Assembly: GCA_016207165.1 (NCBI GenBank)
Contig: JACQQD010000008.1
Location: 96,001 to 160,000 of the forward strand
DNA from: Candidatus Micrarchaeota archaeon
GTDB taxonomy: Archaea > Micrarchaeota > Micrarchaeia > Norongarragalinales > Norongarragalinaceae
Reading direction: 5' to 3'
DNA: 64,000 nt
Below the pieces are notes generated by a model. The model did no database searches and had not been told where the DNA came from. It worked only from the letters and a program-made list of their open reading frames with translations. Below, in pieces: positions 61,230 through 64,000 of the stretch (positions within the stretch are counted from its first letter, which is position 1; every line of letters starts with the position of its first letter). The translations under genes were made by a program, and so were the position numbers.

Positions 61230-61870
61230 GCGTCCAGCCGGCTTTCGATTTGTTCTTTGGAGTGGAATCCTTCGAGTTTTTCGGCGTTTAAAACCAGGGT
61301 GGGGTACCGCGTGACTTGGTGGATTTCTTTTAGGGCGTTGACTGCCGGCATGTTCAAGCTGGAGTCCAGGGCGTAAATCAAGAGTTCGGGGCGGTCTTTT
61401 TTCAGGGGCGGGCCTACCAGGCCTTGTTTGAGGCATTCGGCGCAGTCTTTCGTGTAGAAATACAAGAGGGTCTGCGTCTTGGCTCCGCATTCCTCTTTGA
61501 TTTTTTGGGTCAACAGGTAGTCGCGGACTTGTTTGAGGGTGTACTCGCGTTTGAGTTTCAAGACGTTTTCGTCGCTGGGGCCTTGGCTGTGCTCAAGGGC
61601 GTCGATTTTGACGCCGAATGCCGTGGTTTCCAAGTCAAATTCCGAAAGCGTGGATTGGTAGAAGGGGCACAGCGTGGTGGTGGAGTTGGGGTTGAACAGC
61701 AACAGCACTTCCAGTTCTCCGGTGCGGCTTTGCAAAAGCGAGAGCTCCGAGGCCAGCTGGTTGGAGGCGTCCTCTGCAATGAAGGCGCCGGTGAGGATGC
61801 CGACGGCGAACAAAAACGCGGAGATGGCAAACGCCGCGGCGTAGGTTTTCCAGGAAATGCTTCGCATCAA
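61226..61870 (-). CDS. membrane-anchored protein with thioredoxin-like C-terminus
   Basis: N-terminal TM; LYFY..CAEC..QG...YPTLV. Confidence 0.8.
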   Translation of the reverse strand: MMRSISWKTYAAAFAISAFLFAVGILTGAFIAEDASNQLASELSLLQSRTGELEVLLLFNPNSTTTLCPFYQSTLSEFDLETTAFGVKIDALEHSQGPSDENVLKLKREYTLKQVRDYLLTQKIKEECGAKTQTLLYFYTKDCAECLKQGLVGPPLKKDRPELLIYALDSSLNMPAVNALKEIHQVTRYPTLVLNAEKLEGFHSKEQIESRLDA

Positions 61871-61914
61871 TGGTTTGAACCCCTTTTACCGTTTTAAGTG
61901 CTTTGGGCAACCGC

Positions 61915-63108
61915 CTACCACTTGAGTTTTTCTCTCCGAAGTTCGCGAAAGGCGGTGACCAGCCAGAAAAACGTGATGAGCGGCGTGTAGATCAACAGGT
62001 ACAGCGCCAGGACGGGGGTGGAGAGGCGTTCGCCTTGCATTTGACGGATGCCCAGGTACGCCCACGCGACGGTGGCCGTGAAGATCAAAACGCCAAGGAC
62101 GTGTAGGGGAGTGAGGCCAAGGTAGATGTTTTCCAAGCCGTAGGCGAAGAGTTCCCCGACGGTTCCGCTGAATACGGCGTACAGCATGAGCAAGAAGACG
62201 ATGAATACGGCGAAGATGCTTAAAATCGCCAGGGGCATGACCAGCAAGCCAAAGTCTCCGTACTTGGGGGAGACCAAGTACCAATGTTTGATGATGTTTC
62301 GGATGCCGCCGCGGTGCCAGCGCACGCGTTGGTTGACCAGGGCGTTGAGGGTTTTTGGCACGCGCGTGTACACTACGGCGTCAAGGCTGGAGGCGATTTG
62401 GTATTGGTGGCCTTGGATGCGGTACGCCATTTCTTGGTCTTCCAAAATGTTGCCTTCGTCGTAGCCGCCCACTTCGTCAAAGACGTTTCGGCGGAACATG
62501 CTGAGCGGCCCTGGGGTGACGGTGACGGAGTGGATGAAGGACTGGAGTTTTCTTGAAAAAACGGTGAGCAGGTACTCGACGCGCTGGAGTTTTTCCAACA
62601 CGGTCTTGGGTTGGTACACTTTCATCAGGGGCGTGACGGCCGCGACTTTCGGGTCGGAAAAGTATCCCACCATGTGAAGGAGAGCGTCTTTTTGAATGAA
62701 GGAGTCCGCGTCCAAGGTGGCCACGAGTTCGGTCTTGGTTTTGGACAAGGCGTTGTTCAGGGCCCGGGCTTTGCCCGCGTTTTTCTGGCGGATCAACGTC
62801 ACGTTCTTGTGTTTTTCGGCGAACGGCCGTGCAATCATTGGGGTTCTGTCTTTGGAGCCGTCGTCCACCACGATGATGTTCTTGACCCCTTTTTTGTAGT
62901 CCACGTCCAAGACGGATTGGATGGTTTGCGCGAGGCCGTCTTCTTCGTTGTACGCGGGAATGATGATGGTCAAGGACGGGAGTTTCTTGGGTGGTTTTGG
63001 GGATTCGCGGACGCGTTCGCGGTTTTCCAGGTACACCAAGATAAAAAATACGGTGGCAAACAGCGTCAAAAAAGACAGTCCGTAGGCCAAAAGCAACCGG
63101 ATTTCCAT
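61915..63108 (-). CDS. GT2 processive glycosyltransferase (membrane)
   Basis: PAYNEE, DDGS, GKA, DAD, ED, QRVRW motifs. Confidence 0.92.
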   Translation of the reverse strand: MEIRLLLAYGLSFLTLFATVFFILVYLENRERVRESPKPPKKLPSLTIIIPAYNEEDGLAQTIQSVLDVDYKKGVKNIIVVDDGSKDRTPMIARPFAEKHKNVTLIRQKNAGKARALNNALSKTKTELVATLDADSFIQKDALLHMVGYFSDPKVAAVTPLMKVYQPKTVLEKLQRVEYLLTVFSRKLQSFIHSVTVTPGPLSMFRRNVFDEVGGYDEGNILEDQEMAYRIQGHQYQIASSLDAVVYTRVPKTLNALVNQRVRWHRGGIRNIIKHWYLVSPKYGDFGLLVMPLAILSIFAVFIVFLLMLYAVFSGTVGELFAYGLENIYLGLTPLHVLGVLIFTATVAWAYLGIRQMQGERLSTPVLALYLLIYTPLITFFWLVTAFRELRREKLKW

Positions 63109-63133
63109 ATGGATTTTTTTTGTTTTCCTGGCT

Positions 63134-63421
63134 TTAAGAGCCCGCGTGGTGCGCTTTTTCCCAGTGCTTTCCTAGGTATTCGAACATCTCGTGAAAGGTT
63201 TCCAGTTCCCGGCGAAACTGGGGGACGTACATTCGCGCGCTTTCGCGTGGGTCGCCTTCCAGTTTTTCGATTTTTTCACCGTGGTCTCGAATGTATCGTT
63301 TGAGTCTTTCTTCCAACTGCGGGTAGTCAACGGTGCCCTCGTCGCTCATGAGCCTGAATCCGATGTGTAGTTCCGGCTTTTTTTCCTTGACGTATTCCAG
63401 GAAACGTTTGATGTGACTCAC
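63134..63421 (-). CDS. hypothetical protein
   Basis: 95-aa ORF with a 4-bp overlap on the upstream GT2. Confidence 0.55.
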   Translation of the reverse strand: MSHIKRFLEYVKEKKPELHIGFRLMSDEGTVDYPQLEERLKRYIRDHGEKIEKLEGDPRESARMYVPQFRRELETFHEMFEYLGKHWEKAHHAGS

Positions 63422-64000
63422 CGCACGATGGCGTAGCGCTTCGTCTTTTTCCCCAAGAGGAAGTTGACGGTGGTGTGGCCCCAGTCCAACAACAACCCCA
63501 TCCAGCCTTCTTTTTGGAGGCGGCGGTTGGATGTGTACGCCGTGTATTGGTTCAAAAGAACGACTCGGCCGAACTTCGAGATGCGGAGGGACAAGTCTTG
63601 GTCTTCGGAGGCGTGCATTTGCTCGTCAAATCCATGCACTTTCCACAAGGTTTTTGCCCGGTAGAACACGCAGTTGCCGGCAATGACCGGTTTTCCGAAT
63701 GCGGTGGAAACGCGGACGATGGCGTTGAGCAACGTAAAGAACAGTTGCGTGTTCCAATCCGTCACGCTCGGCCGGATTTCGCAGCCCACGCTGACGACGT
63801 CGGGCTGCATGTCCAGGATTTCCAGGGCTTCCTCTACGAATTCTTTTTGGGGTTTCGTGTCCGCGTCGCAGAAAAGCAGGACGTCGCCGTTGGCTTTTTT
63901 CGCGCCGGCGTTGCGGCCCGCGGCGATGCTGGCGTTCTTCCAGTCTTTTCCGCGTTCGCGCACCACGTTCGCGTATTTTTTGGCGATGGCGCGTGTGGCG
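63418..64000 (-). CDS. GT2 family glycosyltransferase, 5'-partial
   Basis: GRNAGA, FCDAD, GFDE...ED.D, TSNRR. The frame appears to extend past the window end. Confidence 0.88.
   Translation of the reverse strand, partial: ATRAIAKKYANVVRERGKDWKNASIAAGRNAGAKKANGDVLLFCDADTKPQKEFVEEALEILDMQPDVVSVGCEIRPSVTDWNTQLFFTLLNAIVRVSTAFGKPVIAGNCVFYRAKTLWKVHGFDEQMHASEDQDLSLRISKFGRVVLLNQYTAYTSNRRLQKEGWMGLLLDWGHTTVNFLLGKKTKRYAIVR

Overview
Archaeal chromosomal segment, most likely from a DPANN lineage (Micrarchaeota-like). This is an inference from NMD3, DUF2070, the thiolase/HMG-CoA synthase/DUF35 trio, a beta-CASP nuclease and giant lineage-specific surface proteins. Region 1-29 kb is a + strand cluster of secreted or membrane-anchored proteins: a Cys-rich 816-aa protein, a 3276-aa giant, two paralogous 'VLEDDP' proteins, and an 1860-aa signal-peptide protein carrying three FHA domains and a PP2C phosphatase. 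Region 34.5-45 kb holds a complete classical mevalonate pathway with an ERG8-like phosphomevalonate kinase. The rest is housekeeping genes, glycosyltransferases and orphan helical proteins. Two patterns are not explained by the gene list. (1) Toxin-antitoxin modules, all on the - strand, sit in 1.0-1.6 kb units bounded by diverged duplicates of the neighbouring host gene's end. These are three in-frame copies of one gene's 3' end at 16972, 18018 and 19098, a 28-bp exact copy of the giant gene's start, and a decayed copy of the mvk end. They look like integrase-less minimal integrative cassettes. (2) A dispersed structured repeat occurs at 32001, 42339 and 54022. It is an inverted doublet of a ~47-bp hairpin with covarying stems and a conserved loop (REP/REPIN-like), and one copy carries two nested, mutually homologous 57-nt double-hairpin inserts. 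No rRNA, tRNA, CRISPR array, integrase or transposase was seen. All family assignments are from motif recognition by eye, not from database searches.
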